From assembly GCA_963661445.1 (NCBI GenBank), contig CAVLCG010000002.1, forward strand, positions 5,719 through 47,503: a DNA stretch of 41,785 nucleotides, given 5' to 3'. The notes beneath the pieces were generated by a model. It saw only the letters and a program-made list of their open reading frames with translations, had not been told where the DNA came from and did no database searches. Every line of letters begins with the position of its first letter. Within the stretch, counting starts at the first letter, position 1. Below are positions 1-8,832 of this stretch, piece after piece. Source of the DNA: a bacterium (lineage in GTDB: Bacteria > Bacillota_I > Bacilli_A > RF39 > UBA660). The position numbers and the translations under genes are program-made.

Positions 1-1
1 T

Positions 2-604
2 CATTATACTACTTTTAATCATCATAAAGTAAAAGTTGTTACTAAGATTAAAGAGGTAGAAAAGGTACCTGATAATTATTTATTCTTAGGAGACTCTATC
101 ACTGATTTCTATGACCTTGATAAGTATTATCCGGATTTACCAGTAGTTAATAGTGGAATAAGTGGTAATACAACTGATGATATATTAAATAATATGAAAA
201 AAAGGGCATATCAATATAATCCTAGTAAAGTATTTTTATTAATCGGTACTAATGATCTTACTCGTGATAAATCTAATGAAGAAATAGTAGAAGGAGTAGA
301 AAAGATAATTGAAGAGATAAAAGAAAATAGACCAAAAGCAGAAATATATTTAGAAAGTATTTATCCAGTCAATTATTCGTTGTCTCCTAAGATGGTTAGT
401 GTTAGAAAAAATGATGATATAAAAGAAATAAACAAAGAGTTAAAGAAGTATTGTAAGAAGAATAGAATAACTTATATAGATATGTATGACTTATTAAAAG
501 ATGATGATGATAATTTTGATAGTATATATACTAATGATGGACTTCATCCTAATGATGAAGGATATGAAGTTATAACTAAAGAGATAAAGAAATATTTAGA
601 TTAG
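2..604 (+). CDS. SGNH/GDSL-family hydrolase (esterase/acylhydrolase), 5' end cut by the window edge
   Basis: The frame of ORF 194..604 stays open back to nt 2 with no stop. The upstream translation reads ..NYLFLGDSITDF (GDS block I, nt 74-103) and NSGISGNTT (block II). The listed ORF adds LLIGTNDL (block III) and DGLHPND (block V). Confidence 0.8.
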   Translation, partial: HYTTFNHHKVKVVTKIKEVEKVPDNYLFLGDSITDFYDLDKYYPDLPVVNSGISGNTTDDILNNMKKRAYQYNPSKVFLLIGTNDLTRDKSNEEIVEGVEKIIEEIKENRPKAEIYLESIYPVNYSLSPKMVSVRKNDDIKEINKELKKYCKKNRITYIDMYDLLKDDDDNFDSIYTNDGLHPNDEGYEVITKEIKKYLD

Positions 605-619
605 TAATGGGGGAATATT

Positions 620-1780
620 ATGAAAATAGCAGTAGCAGGTACGGGATATGTTGGTTTATCGTTAGCAACTCTTCTTAGTACTAAGAATGAAGTTAAAGCT
701 TATGATATAGTAGAAGAAAAAGTTAATAAAATTAATAAGAGAATATCACCAATTAAAGATAAGGAAATAGAAGAATGTTTTAAAAATAAAAAACTTAATT
801 TAAAAGCTACTACTGATTATAGGGAAGCATTTAAAGATGCATCGTTTATAATTATTAGTACACCGACTAATTATGATGAGGTGACAAACTATTTTGATAT
901 ATCAAGTGTTGAAGATATTATAGAAAAAGTTATCTCTATTAATAAAGATGCCACTATTGTGATTAAATCAACTATTCCGGTTGGATTTACTGATAAAGTT
1001 AAGGAAAAGTATAAAATAGAAAATATTTTCTTTTCACCAGAGTTTTTAAGAGAGGGACATGCTTTATATGATAATTTGTATCCATCAAGAATAATTGTTG
1101 GTAGTGATACTGAAAATGGTAAAAAGTTTGCATCACTTCTTGAAGAATGTTCACTGAAAGAAGATATACCGGTTAAATATATGACATCAACGGAAGCAGA
1201 GGCAGTAAAGTTGTTTGCTAATACTTATCTTGCTGTTAGAGTGGCTTTCTTTAATGAAGTTGATACTTATGCGGAAGTGAAACATCTTAATACTAAGAAT
1301 ATAATAGAAGGAGTATGTCTTGATCCAAGAATAGGTGATAACTATAATAATCCTTCCTTTGGTTATGGAGGATACTGTCTACCAAAAGATACGAAACAGT
1401 TATTAGCAAACTATAAAGATGTACCACAGAATATGATAGAAGCAGTAGTTAAGTCTAATGAAACTAGAAAAGAACATATTGTTAATATAATTTTAAGAAA
1501 GAATCCTAAAGTAGTTGGTATTTATAGATTAACAATGAAAAGTAATTCTGATAATTTTAGAGCTAGTGCTATTCTTGATATAATTACTAAACTAAAGTTT
1601 AAAAATGTAGATATAGTTATTTATGAACCAACTATTAAAGAATATTATGATTTTAGAGTAGAAAATGATATAGAAAGGTTTAAAGAGATAAGTGATATAA
1701 TTGTTGCTAATAGATATAGTAGTCGACTTGATGATGTTAAAGAGAAAGTATATACAAGAGATTTGTTTGAAAGAGATTAA
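620..1780 (+). CDS. ugd: UDP-glucose 6-dehydrogenase
   Basis: 386 aa. N-terminal Rossmann motif MKIAVAGTGYVGLS, catalytic region GYGGYCLPKD, and a typical length for the UDP-glucose/GDP-mannose dehydrogenase family. GGGGG RBS upstream of the ATG. Confidence 0.9.
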   Translation: MKIAVAGTGYVGLSLATLLSTKNEVKAYDIVEEKVNKINKRISPIKDKEIEECFKNKKLNLKATTDYREAFKDASFIIISTPTNYDEVTNYFDISSVEDIIEKVISINKDATIVIKSTIPVGFTDKVKEKYKIENIFFSPEFLREGHALYDNLYPSRIIVGSDTENGKKFASLLEECSLKEDIPVKYMTSTEAEAVKLFANTYLAVRVAFFNEVDTYAEVKHLNTKNIIEGVCLDPRIGDNYNNPSFGYGGYCLPKDTKQLLANYKDVPQNMIEAVVKSNETRKEHIVNIILRKNPKVVGIYRLTMKSNSDNFRASAILDIITKLKFKNVDIVIYEPTIKEYYDFRVENDIERFKEISDIIVANRYSSRLDDVKEKVYTRDLFERD

Positions 1781-1844
1781 CAAGTCTTTTTTTTAAAGTA
1801 TTATAATGGTATAATGAAGATAATAGATGGAGTTGAAATATTTT

Positions 1845-4800
1845 ATGAAATATAAGAAAATATTAATGGCAGTATTAATTGGTTTATCCTTTTTATTTGC
1901 TTTTACGATTTATGATGTAGAAGCTGAAACTTGTACTAAAATAACCAATGTTGTTATTTTTGCTAAATTTAAAAGTGATAGTAGGGATATATTTAATGCT
2001 AAATCTTCATCATATAGTAATTGGACTTTAATTAAAAATATGTATGATAAAAATGAGTGGCAAGGATCTGATAATTCTTTTAAGAATTATATTAAAACTA
2101 TTACGGAAGGAAAAATTGAAGTTGATAATTATTTTCCTCAAGAAAATGCTGATAAGACAGGTGTTGATACTTATATATTAAATAATGATTTATCTCAATA
2201 TAATAGTAGTGACGAAATTGTCTATGAGATTATAAATGCAATAAATTCTTCTAAGATAAATATAAATAGTAATTTAAAGCTTGATAATATAAATACCAAT
2301 GTGGTTGATAATTTAACAGTTATAGTTCAAGGAGATGGAAGTTCATCTAGTATTATATCATCACATAAGAGTGTATATGGTGGAACTGATAAAATTAATG
2401 GTTTACAAGTATCTAATTATAATATGTTATCATCATCTGTGCTTGTAACTGATGATGGAACACTTGGAGTTAGACAAGCTCAAGGGGTTATTGCTCATGA
2501 GTTTTTGCATACTTTAGAATTTCCGGATTTATATAGAAAAAATGGAGTAGGAGAACCAGTTGGTTTGTGGGATGTAATGGCTAAAAATAGTATGTTTTTA
2601 CAGTATCCGTTATCATATTTAAGAGCTAAAGCAGGTTGGATTACACCTAATTATATAACAAAAAAAGGTACTTATTCCTTAACAGCAGTAAGTGAAAAGG
2701 GGGATAATAAAGTATTTATCATTAAAACTCCTTTAAAAGATTCTGAATATATTGTCTTAGAATATCGAAAGAAAAATGAAAGTGATTATTATGGCTTTGA
2801 ACATAATATTCCATCTAGTGGTCTATTAATGTATAGAGTTAATGAAAAGATTGAGTATCTTACTAATAATAATGGTGAAAATTATATATACGTTTATAGA
2901 CCTAATGTTACAGATAAAGACTTAGCTAATGATATTATAGATAGTGGCGATTATAAAGGTTATAACTCAATTTATGATGCGACTTTAGAAGTATCTAAAG
3001 GAGAAACATCTTATGGTAGTACAGATCCTAGTAAAACGTGGAAAGATAATACCCTATACTATTCTGATGGCAGTAATAGTGGAATAAAAATATGTAATTT
3101 AAAATTATCGAGTGATGAAAATACTATTACTTTTGATGTTGATTTTGCTAATTATGATGAAGAAGGATTATGGGACTATGTTTCTAGTGTGGATAATAAT
3201 ATTTATGATAGACCAGTATTTTATAAAGATAATAATACAATCTATTTAACATATAGTAAAAAAGATAATAATAAAAATGTAATATTAATAAAAAAACTTA
3301 GTAATGGTGTATTTTCCCAAGTGGGAAATATAGTAGAAGGAACTAATCCTTCAATACTAAATTATAAAAACGTTTTATATTTATCTTGCCTTAATAATAG
3401 TGGACATGTAGTCTTTTATAAACTTGATAATAACAACTTTTCTATGATTTCAGAATATAATACTAATTATCCTACTAATATAAAGCTAGTAGCAAGTAAT
3501 AATACTATCTATTCTATGTACGAAGAAACATCATCATCATTAAATACTAGATTAATAGTAAAAGATATTATCAATGATAAACTTATTTTTACTAAAGATG
3601 CTAAGAATTTTGGTAATCCTAGTCTTGCTATTTATAATGATAAATTATATTTAATATATTCATCTTATTTTGATAATAGTAATGGAAAGATTTTAGAATA
3701 TGACATTAATACTAATCAATTTAATACTATATTAGATTCTGATATTATAAGTAGTAATCTTCATTTAACAAAAGTTTATAATAATAAATTATATATATTA
3801 ATGGGGGACAGTAGGACTAATCTTATATTGTATACTTATGATGGTAAGAATATATCAAAAATTAAGTTAGATGTTAATAATTATGTTGATGTCTCTATGA
3901 ATATTATTAATGATGATGTTTATATTACTTATATTAATGATTCTAAAAGTTATGTATTGAAAATAACTGGCGATAATTATAGTGTTATTGATGATAAATT
4001 AGGAACTGATTATGAGTATTTGAATACTATTAATGATCAAAAAAAGATGTATGCAGTAACAATATCCAAAAATTCCTCTGATATAGTAGTTAGGAGTAAA
4101 GAATTTGAAAAAGAATCTATCTCTAAGCCATCAGTAACATATTCTACTCATGTCCAAAGTTATGGTTGGCAAGATGCTAAAAAAGATGGAGAATTTGCAG
4201 GGACAGAAGGAGAATATAAAAGATTAGAAGGTATTAAGATAAATATTACTGGTATAGCTGGAGATGTAGAATATATTACTTATTCTCAGACTTATGGCTG
4301 GTTAAATTGGGTAAAGAATGGAGAACTATCTGGTACTGTAGGCGAAGCTAAAAGATTAGAAGCAATTAGAATAAGATTAACAGGAGAAGTAGCTAGTAAA
4401 TATGATATATACTACCGAGTACATGCTCAAAGTTTTGGCTGGTTAGGTTGGGCTAAGAATGGAGAAGTAGCAGGTACTGCTGAATTATATAAAAGACTAG
4501 AAGCTATTGAGATTAGATTAGTAGAAAAAAATAAAGGTGAAGAAACTGGTAACAGCTATGTTTGCTATAGAGATAAGATTTCTTATACTACTCATGTGCA
4601 AAGTTATGGTTGGCAAGATAAAGTTACAAATGGTATATCAGGTAAAATGGATGAAGAAAAAAGAATAGAAGCATTTTTCTTAGATGTCTTTGATATAGCT
4701 AATCCTGGTAAAGTACTTTATAAATCCTATATTGAAGGATATGGCTTTGAAAATGATTATAAAACTAACAATCAAATATCTGGTACTATAGGACAAAGTA

Positions 4801-5450
4801 AAAGAATAGAAGCAATTAAGATTAAACTTACTGATGAATTAGCTTCAGTTTATGATATTTATTATAGAGTTTGTACAAAAGAATTAGGTTTTCTTGGTTG
4901 GGCTAAAAATGATGAAGTAGCAGGTAGCTTTGGTTATTCTTTCACTATTACGGGAATAGAAGTTAAATTAGTAAAAAAGGGTGAGGGTGAAGAAACCGGT
5001 AATAGTTTTCTTACAAAAGATGCTTTCTTAAGTTATCAATCACATGTTCAGTCTATAGGTGACCAAGCTGTAGTTAATGAAGGAAAAATATCTGGTACTA
5101 CTGGACTTGGTAAGAGATTAGAAGCTATAAAGATAAATTTGGATACTAAATTAGATGGAGAAGTCCTTTATAAATCATATATTCAAGGGATAGGCTTTGA
5201 AAGCGATTATAAAACATCAGGAGAAGTATCGGGTAGTAAAAATCAGGCTAAAGCTATTCAATTAATTAAGATTAAACTTAGTGGTAAACTAGCTTTAAAA
5301 TATGATGTTTATTATAGAGTACATTCAGCAAAAGTAGGTTGGCAAGATTGGGTTAAAAATGATGAAGTAGCAGGAGTAAATGACTTTGATATTCAAGCAA
5401 TTGAAATAAAATTATATTTAAAAGAAGATAAGACTAGGGGGACTATATGA
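1845..5450 (+). CDS. Secreted multidomain protein: M6-like zinc metallopeptidase, beta-propeller-like repeat region and 9 ChW (clostridial hydrophobic W) cell-wall repeats
   Basis: The ORF track starts at 1827. The ATG at 1845 (MKYKKILMAVLIGLSF.., signal-peptide-like) lies 12 nt after GGAG and is preferred. AHEFLHTLEFPDLY (HExxH at nt 2495-2509) followed by LWDVMA matches the M6/immune-inhibitor-A-like signature. About seven ~40-aa repeats occupy nt 3165-4125. Nine Y-x-x-HVQ-x-x-GW..GT.G..KR.EAI.I repeats occupy nt 4131-5420. Confidence 0.75.
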   Translation: MKYKKILMAVLIGLSFLFAFTIYDVEAETCTKITNVVIFAKFKSDSRDIFNAKSSSYSNWTLIKNMYDKNEWQGSDNSFKNYIKTITEGKIEVDNYFPQENADKTGVDTYILNNDLSQYNSSDEIVYEIINAINSSKININSNLKLDNINTNVVDNLTVIVQGDGSSSSIISSHKSVYGGTDKINGLQVSNYNMLSSSVLVTDDGTLGVRQAQGVIAHEFLHTLEFPDLYRKNGVGEPVGLWDVMAKNSMFLQYPLSYLRAKAGWITPNYITKKGTYSLTAVSEKGDNKVFIIKTPLKDSEYIVLEYRKKNESDYYGFEHNIPSSGLLMYRVNEKIEYLTNNNGENYIYVYRPNVTDKDLANDIIDSGDYKGYNSIYDATLEVSKGETSYGSTDPSKTWKDNTLYYSDGSNSGIKICNLKLSSDENTITFDVDFANYDEEGLWDYVSSVDNNIYDRPVFYKDNNTIYLTYSKKDNNKNVILIKKLSNGVFSQVGNIVEGTNPSILNYKNVLYLSCLNNSGHVVFYKLDNNNFSMISEYNTNYPTNIKLVASNNTIYSMYEETSSSLNTRLIVKDIINDKLIFTKDAKNFGNPSLAIYNDKLYLIYSSYFDNSNGKILEYDINTNQFNTILDSDIISSNLHLTKVYNNKLYILMGDSRTNLILYTYDGKNISKIKLDVNNYVDVSMNIINDDVYITYINDSKSYVLKITGDNYSVIDDKLGTDYEYLNTINDQKKMYAVTISKNSSDIVVRSKEFEKESISKPSVTYSTHVQSYGWQDAKKDGEFAGTEGEYKRLEGIKINITGIAGDVEYITYSQTYGWLNWVKNGELSGTVGEAKRLEAIRIRLTGEVASKYDIYYRVHAQSFGWLGWAKNGEVAGTAELYKRLEAIEIRLVEKNKGEETGNSYVCYRDKISYTTHVQSYGWQDKVTNGISGKMDEEKRIEAFFLDVFDIANPGKVLYKSYIEGYGFENDYKTNNQISGTIGQSKRIEAIKIKLTDELASVYDIYYRVCTKELGFLGWAKNDEVAGSFGYSFTITGIEVKLVKKGEGEETGNSFLTKDAFLSYQSHVQSIGDQAVVNEGKISGTTGLGKRLEAIKINLDTKLDGEVLYKSYIQGIGFESDYKTSGEVSGSKNQAKAIQLIKIKLSGKLALKYDVYYRVHSAKVGWQDWVKNDEVAGVNDFDIQAIEIKLYLKEDKTRGTI
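4131..5420 (+). repeat. Coding repeat array: 9 ChW repeats arranged as 3 triplets, separated by K-x-GEETGNS linkers
   Basis: Read from the translation: YSTHVQSYGWQD.., YITYSQTYGWLNW.., YYRVHAQSFGWLGW.. then the linker KNKGEETGNSY. The pattern recurs twice more. Confidence 0.85.
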
Positions 5451-6430
5451 AAAAATATAAAGTAGATGTTATTATACCAATTTATAATTCATTAGATTGG
5501 TTAAAATTATGTGTAGAAAGTATTTTTAAAAATACTAATTATGATATATTAGGTACCGTTTATTTGCTAGATGACTGTTCTAGTGAAGAGACTGTTAACT
5601 ATCTTAAAGAAGTAAAGAGAAAGTATGGCAATTTAGTTAAGTATATTAGAAATAACAAAAACTTAGGATTTGTAAAGACTTGTAATAAGGGACTAAAACT
5701 ATCAACTTCTTCTTATGCACTACTATTAAATACTGATTGTTTAGTATCAGCTAATGCTATAGAAAAGATGGCTAATGCAATGAATAAAAACAAAAAGATT
5801 GGTCTTTTATGTCCAATTTCATCAGTAGCTGCTAATTTATCTTATTCAATTCCCTTAGGACTTAATTTTATGCAAGTAAATGAGGTGTTTGAAAAACAGT
5901 TTAGTGGTAAAACGTTTGATGCTTGTACAGTGGTTGGTAATTGTTTAATGATTAGTAGAGAATGCATTAACAAAGTGGGTTATCTTGATGAGATATTTGG
6001 TAAAGGATATACAGAAGAGACTGATTATCAGTTTAAGGCTCATGAAAAAGGATTTCTTGCTAAAGTGTTAATAGATACTTACGTTTATCATCAGTGTAGA
6101 GTATCTTTTGGCGAAAGTGAAGAACAGTTAGCGATTAGAGAAGAACATTTAAAGATATTTTTTGAACGTTGGCATGATGAATACGATAAGAAGTATGCTA
6201 AATATGTTAAAAATGATCCAATTGTTTATATCAATAATAATGTTTCTTATGATGATATTGTAGATGGTAAGCAAATAAAGATAAAATCATTAAAGCAGTT
6301 AGAAGAATATGCTCCTATAATAAATACTTTAATGCTTGATGAAGTTAATATAAAAGTGATTTGTAAAGAGAAAATACTAAATAAATATGATGGAATAATA
6401 TTATTTAATCCAGCAAGGAGGAGAAGATGA
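5447..6430 (+). CDS. Glycosyltransferase family 2 (GT-A fold)
   Basis: The N-terminus VDVIIPIYNSLDWLKLCVESIFKNT and the LLDDCSS and NTDC motifs are typical of GT2. ATGA overlaps join it to both flanking genes (5447/5450 and 6427/6430). Confidence 0.85.
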   Translation: MKKYKVDVIIPIYNSLDWLKLCVESIFKNTNYDILGTVYLLDDCSSEETVNYLKEVKRKYGNLVKYIRNNKNLGFVKTCNKGLKLSTSSYALLLNTDCLVSANAIEKMANAMNKNKKIGLLCPISSVAANLSYSIPLGLNFMQVNEVFEKQFSGKTFDACTVVGNCLMISRECINKVGYLDEIFGKGYTEETDYQFKAHEKGFLAKVLIDTYVYHQCRVSFGESEEQLAIREEHLKIFFERWHDEYDKKYAKYVKNDPIVYINNNVSYDDIVDGKQIKIKSLKQLEEYAPIINTLMLDEVNIKVICKEKILNKYDGIILFNPARRRR

Positions 6431-8592
6431 TGAAAAAGATTGTTAAATTATTAATTCTTTTTCTTTTGCTTTCTTGTAAAACAGTTAATGCTAGTGATAT
6501 TACTACTGAAGTGGAAGAGACTACTACCACACCTTCTATCACTTATACAACACATGTTCAAACTTATGGCTGGCAAGACAATAAGAAAGATGGAGAATTA
6601 TCTGGTACTGTTGGTGAGTATAAACGGCTTGAAGGAATAAAAATTAATTTAGACTCATCTATAGAAGGGGGAGTAGAGTACCATACTTTTGTTCAGACTT
6701 ATGCTTGGCAAGGATGGAAAAAAGATGGAGAAATGGCTGGTACTGAAGGTGAATACAAACGACTTGAAGCCATTAAAATAAGACTTACAGGAGAGATTGC
6801 TACTAAATATGACGTTTATTATAGAGTACACTGTCAAACTTATGGTTGGTTAGGCTGGGCTAAAAATGGTGAGACAGCTGGTACTATTAATGAGTATAAA
6901 AGACTAGAAGCTATTGAAATAAAGTTGGTTTTAAAAGATACGGGAGAAGAAACTGGTAAAAGTTATGTAGGACCGACTACTGAAATTAGTTATCAGTCTC
7001 ATGTTCAAGATATAGGTTGGCAAGGACTAGTTTCTAATGGAACCATGTCTGGAACTACTGGTCAAGGTAAGCGAATAGAAGCAATGGTTATTAGTGTTAA
7101 TAATAACCAGTATACAGGTTCTCTTAAGTATCAATCATATATAGAAGGTATTGGCTGGCAAGAAGAAAAGAATGCAGGTGAGGTTACAGGAACAACCGGA
7201 AAGTCTAAAATGTTAGAGGCTATAAAAATTACTCTTACAGATGAACTTGCTACTAAGTATGATATTTATTATAGAGTACACTGTCAAACTTATGGCTGGT
7301 TAGGCTGGGCTAAGAATGGTGAGACAGCTGGTACAACTGGTTATGATTTTCGTCTTGAAGCTATTGAAATAAAATTAGTTTTAAAAGATACGGGAGAAGA
7401 GACTGGTAATAGTTATCAAGAAAAGGAAACTAGTTTAACTTATCAAGCTCATGTTCAGTCTATTGGTGACCAAGATGCAGTTAACGAAGGAGAAGTATCT
7501 GGTACTACTGGACTTGGTAAAAGATTAGAAGCGTTTAAAATAAATCTTACTACTACTTTATCAGGAAATGTTATTTATAAATCATATGGTAGTGATGATA
7601 AGTGGAGTGAGTATGTATCTGATAATAGTTATACTGGAACAACTGGTCAAGGTAAACCAATTTATTTAATAGCTATAGATTTAACTGATGAACTAAAAGA
7701 AAAATATGATATTTATTACCGTGTTCATTCAGAAAAATATGGTTGGTTAGATTGGGCTAAGAATGGCGAAGAAACGGGAGCAGATTATTATGATATACAG
7801 GCTATTGAAATCAAATTATATTTAAAGATAGATTCTAGAAAGAATAGTCTAGCTAATACTAATTACCATATTACTACTGGTTTTTATCAGGAAAATGGTA
7901 ACATCTATTATAAAGATAAAAATGGTAATCTTGCTAATGATTGGATTAATATAATGAATACAAAATATTTTTTCAATTCTTTAGGAGTAATGATTGGTAA
8001 GAATGTTAAAAAAGTTATAGACGTTTCTAATTGGCAGAAAGCTGTTGATTGGGATACAATTGCTAGAGAAAGAGACGTAGATGGGGTTATTCTAAGAATT
8101 GGAGCAGGTTGTGAAGAAGATTTATCATTTGCTAAAAACATAGAAGCTATTAAAAGACTTAATATTCCGTATGGTATATATTTGTATAGTTATGCCGAAA
8201 CATTAGAAGAAGGTAAGGAGTATGCTAATTTTACTTTATCTATGATAAAAAAATATTCACTTAATCCAAGAGTAGGAATATTTTATGATTTAGAGAGTAA
8301 TAATATTACTTCATATATGCAGCTTTCTCACTATACACAAGTAGTTGAAGGATATATGCAAGTTATGAATAATGCTGGTTATGGTTCTATTACTAAACTT
8401 TATACTTATAAATCAATGGCAGATAATCAACTTAACTCTCCTTATTTAAGAGATAAAATAGCTTGGATAGCTCAATATAATCATTCTTGTACATATACTG
8501 GTTCATATATTGGTTGGCAGTATTCATCACAAGAAAAAGTTAAGGGAATAGATGGTAATGTTGATGCTAGTGTTTGGTTTGTAGATTTTTAA
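6427..8592 (+). CDS. Secreted cell-wall hydrolase: signal peptide, 9 ChW repeats, cell-wall-binding repeat and C-terminal GH25 muramidase (lysozyme)
   Basis: Signal-like MMKKIVKLLILFLLLSCKTVNA. ChW repeats occupy nt 6532-7827. A YYKDKNGNLANDWINIMNTKYFFNSLGVM cell-wall-binding-type repeat follows. GH25 motifs are IDVSNWQKAVDW, GVILRIG, WIAQYN, GWQYSS and GIDGNVDASVW. Confidence 0.85.
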   Translation: MMKKIVKLLILFLLLSCKTVNASDITTEVEETTTTPSITYTTHVQTYGWQDNKKDGELSGTVGEYKRLEGIKINLDSSIEGGVEYHTFVQTYAWQGWKKDGEMAGTEGEYKRLEAIKIRLTGEIATKYDVYYRVHCQTYGWLGWAKNGETAGTINEYKRLEAIEIKLVLKDTGEETGKSYVGPTTEISYQSHVQDIGWQGLVSNGTMSGTTGQGKRIEAMVISVNNNQYTGSLKYQSYIEGIGWQEEKNAGEVTGTTGKSKMLEAIKITLTDELATKYDIYYRVHCQTYGWLGWAKNGETAGTTGYDFRLEAIEIKLVLKDTGEETGNSYQEKETSLTYQAHVQSIGDQDAVNEGEVSGTTGLGKRLEAFKINLTTTLSGNVIYKSYGSDDKWSEYVSDNSYTGTTGQGKPIYLIAIDLTDELKEKYDIYYRVHSEKYGWLDWAKNGEETGADYYDIQAIEIKLYLKIDSRKNSLANTNYHITTGFYQENGNIYYKDKNGNLANDWINIMNTKYFFNSLGVMIGKNVKKVIDVSNWQKAVDWDTIARERDVDGVILRIGAGCEEDLSFAKNIEAIKRLNIPYGIYLYSYAETLEEGKEYANFTLSMIKKYSLNPRVGIFYDLESNNITSYMQLSHYTQVVEGYMQVMNNAGYGSITKLYTYKSMADNQLNSPYLRDKIAWIAQYNHSCTYTGSYIGWQYSSQEKVKGIDGNVDASVWFVDF
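6532..7827 (+). repeat. Coding repeat array: 9 ChW repeats (3 triplets), including two ~155-nt near-identical DNA copies about 450 nt apart
   Basis: nt 6811-6965 and 7261-7415 share long exact runs, e.g. tttattatagagtacactgtcaaacttatgg, aatggtgagacagctggtac and gttttaaaagatacgggagaaga. Confidence 0.9.
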
Positions 8593-8594
8593 AG

Positions 8595-8619
8595 AGAATG
8601 AGAATGTTCATTCTTTTTT
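8595..8619 (+). terminator. Rho-independent terminator after the GH25 gene
   Basis: agaatga (8595-8601), loop gaatgt, tcattct (8608-8614), then a TTTTT run, 3 nt after the stop codon. Confidence 0.6.
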
Positions 8620-8778
8620 GTGTGAAAAGAAAATAGTATAAGATTTAAAGCTCCTATTAACGAACATGCATTTATATAATATTATATATTTACAGTTTTA
8701 GGGGAAGAACTATAAATGGTTAAATGAATGTTGATTTATAAAAAAACTAGGATATATCAAGATATGTTTAAATTTATT

Positions 8779-8808
8779 TTGAATTTTACTCTATTACTAT
8801 GCTATACT
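8779..8808 (+). promoter_or_regulatory. Putative sigma-A-type promoter of the glycopolymer operon
   Basis: TTGAAT (8779-8784), an 18-nt spacer, then TATACT (8803-8808). It sits about 25 nt upstream of the AGGGTGG RBS and the ATG at 8833. Confidence 0.4.
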
Positions 8809-8832
8809 CATATTAGATAGGGTGGTTACAAA

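Noticed and set aside
8673-8688. A perfect 16-bp palindrome, TATATAATATTATATA.
   Set aside because: It is a pure A/T palindrome in an AT-rich intergenic region and has no associated regulator or positional logic. It is most likely compositional.
8593-8832. An invertible (phase-variable) promoter switch in the 240-nt gap upstream of the polysaccharide operon.
   Set aside because: The only inverted match I could find flanking the candidate promoter is about 6-7 bp (AGTATA at ~8635 and TATACT at 8803), which is chance level in this composition. No site-specific recombinase is encoded nearby.
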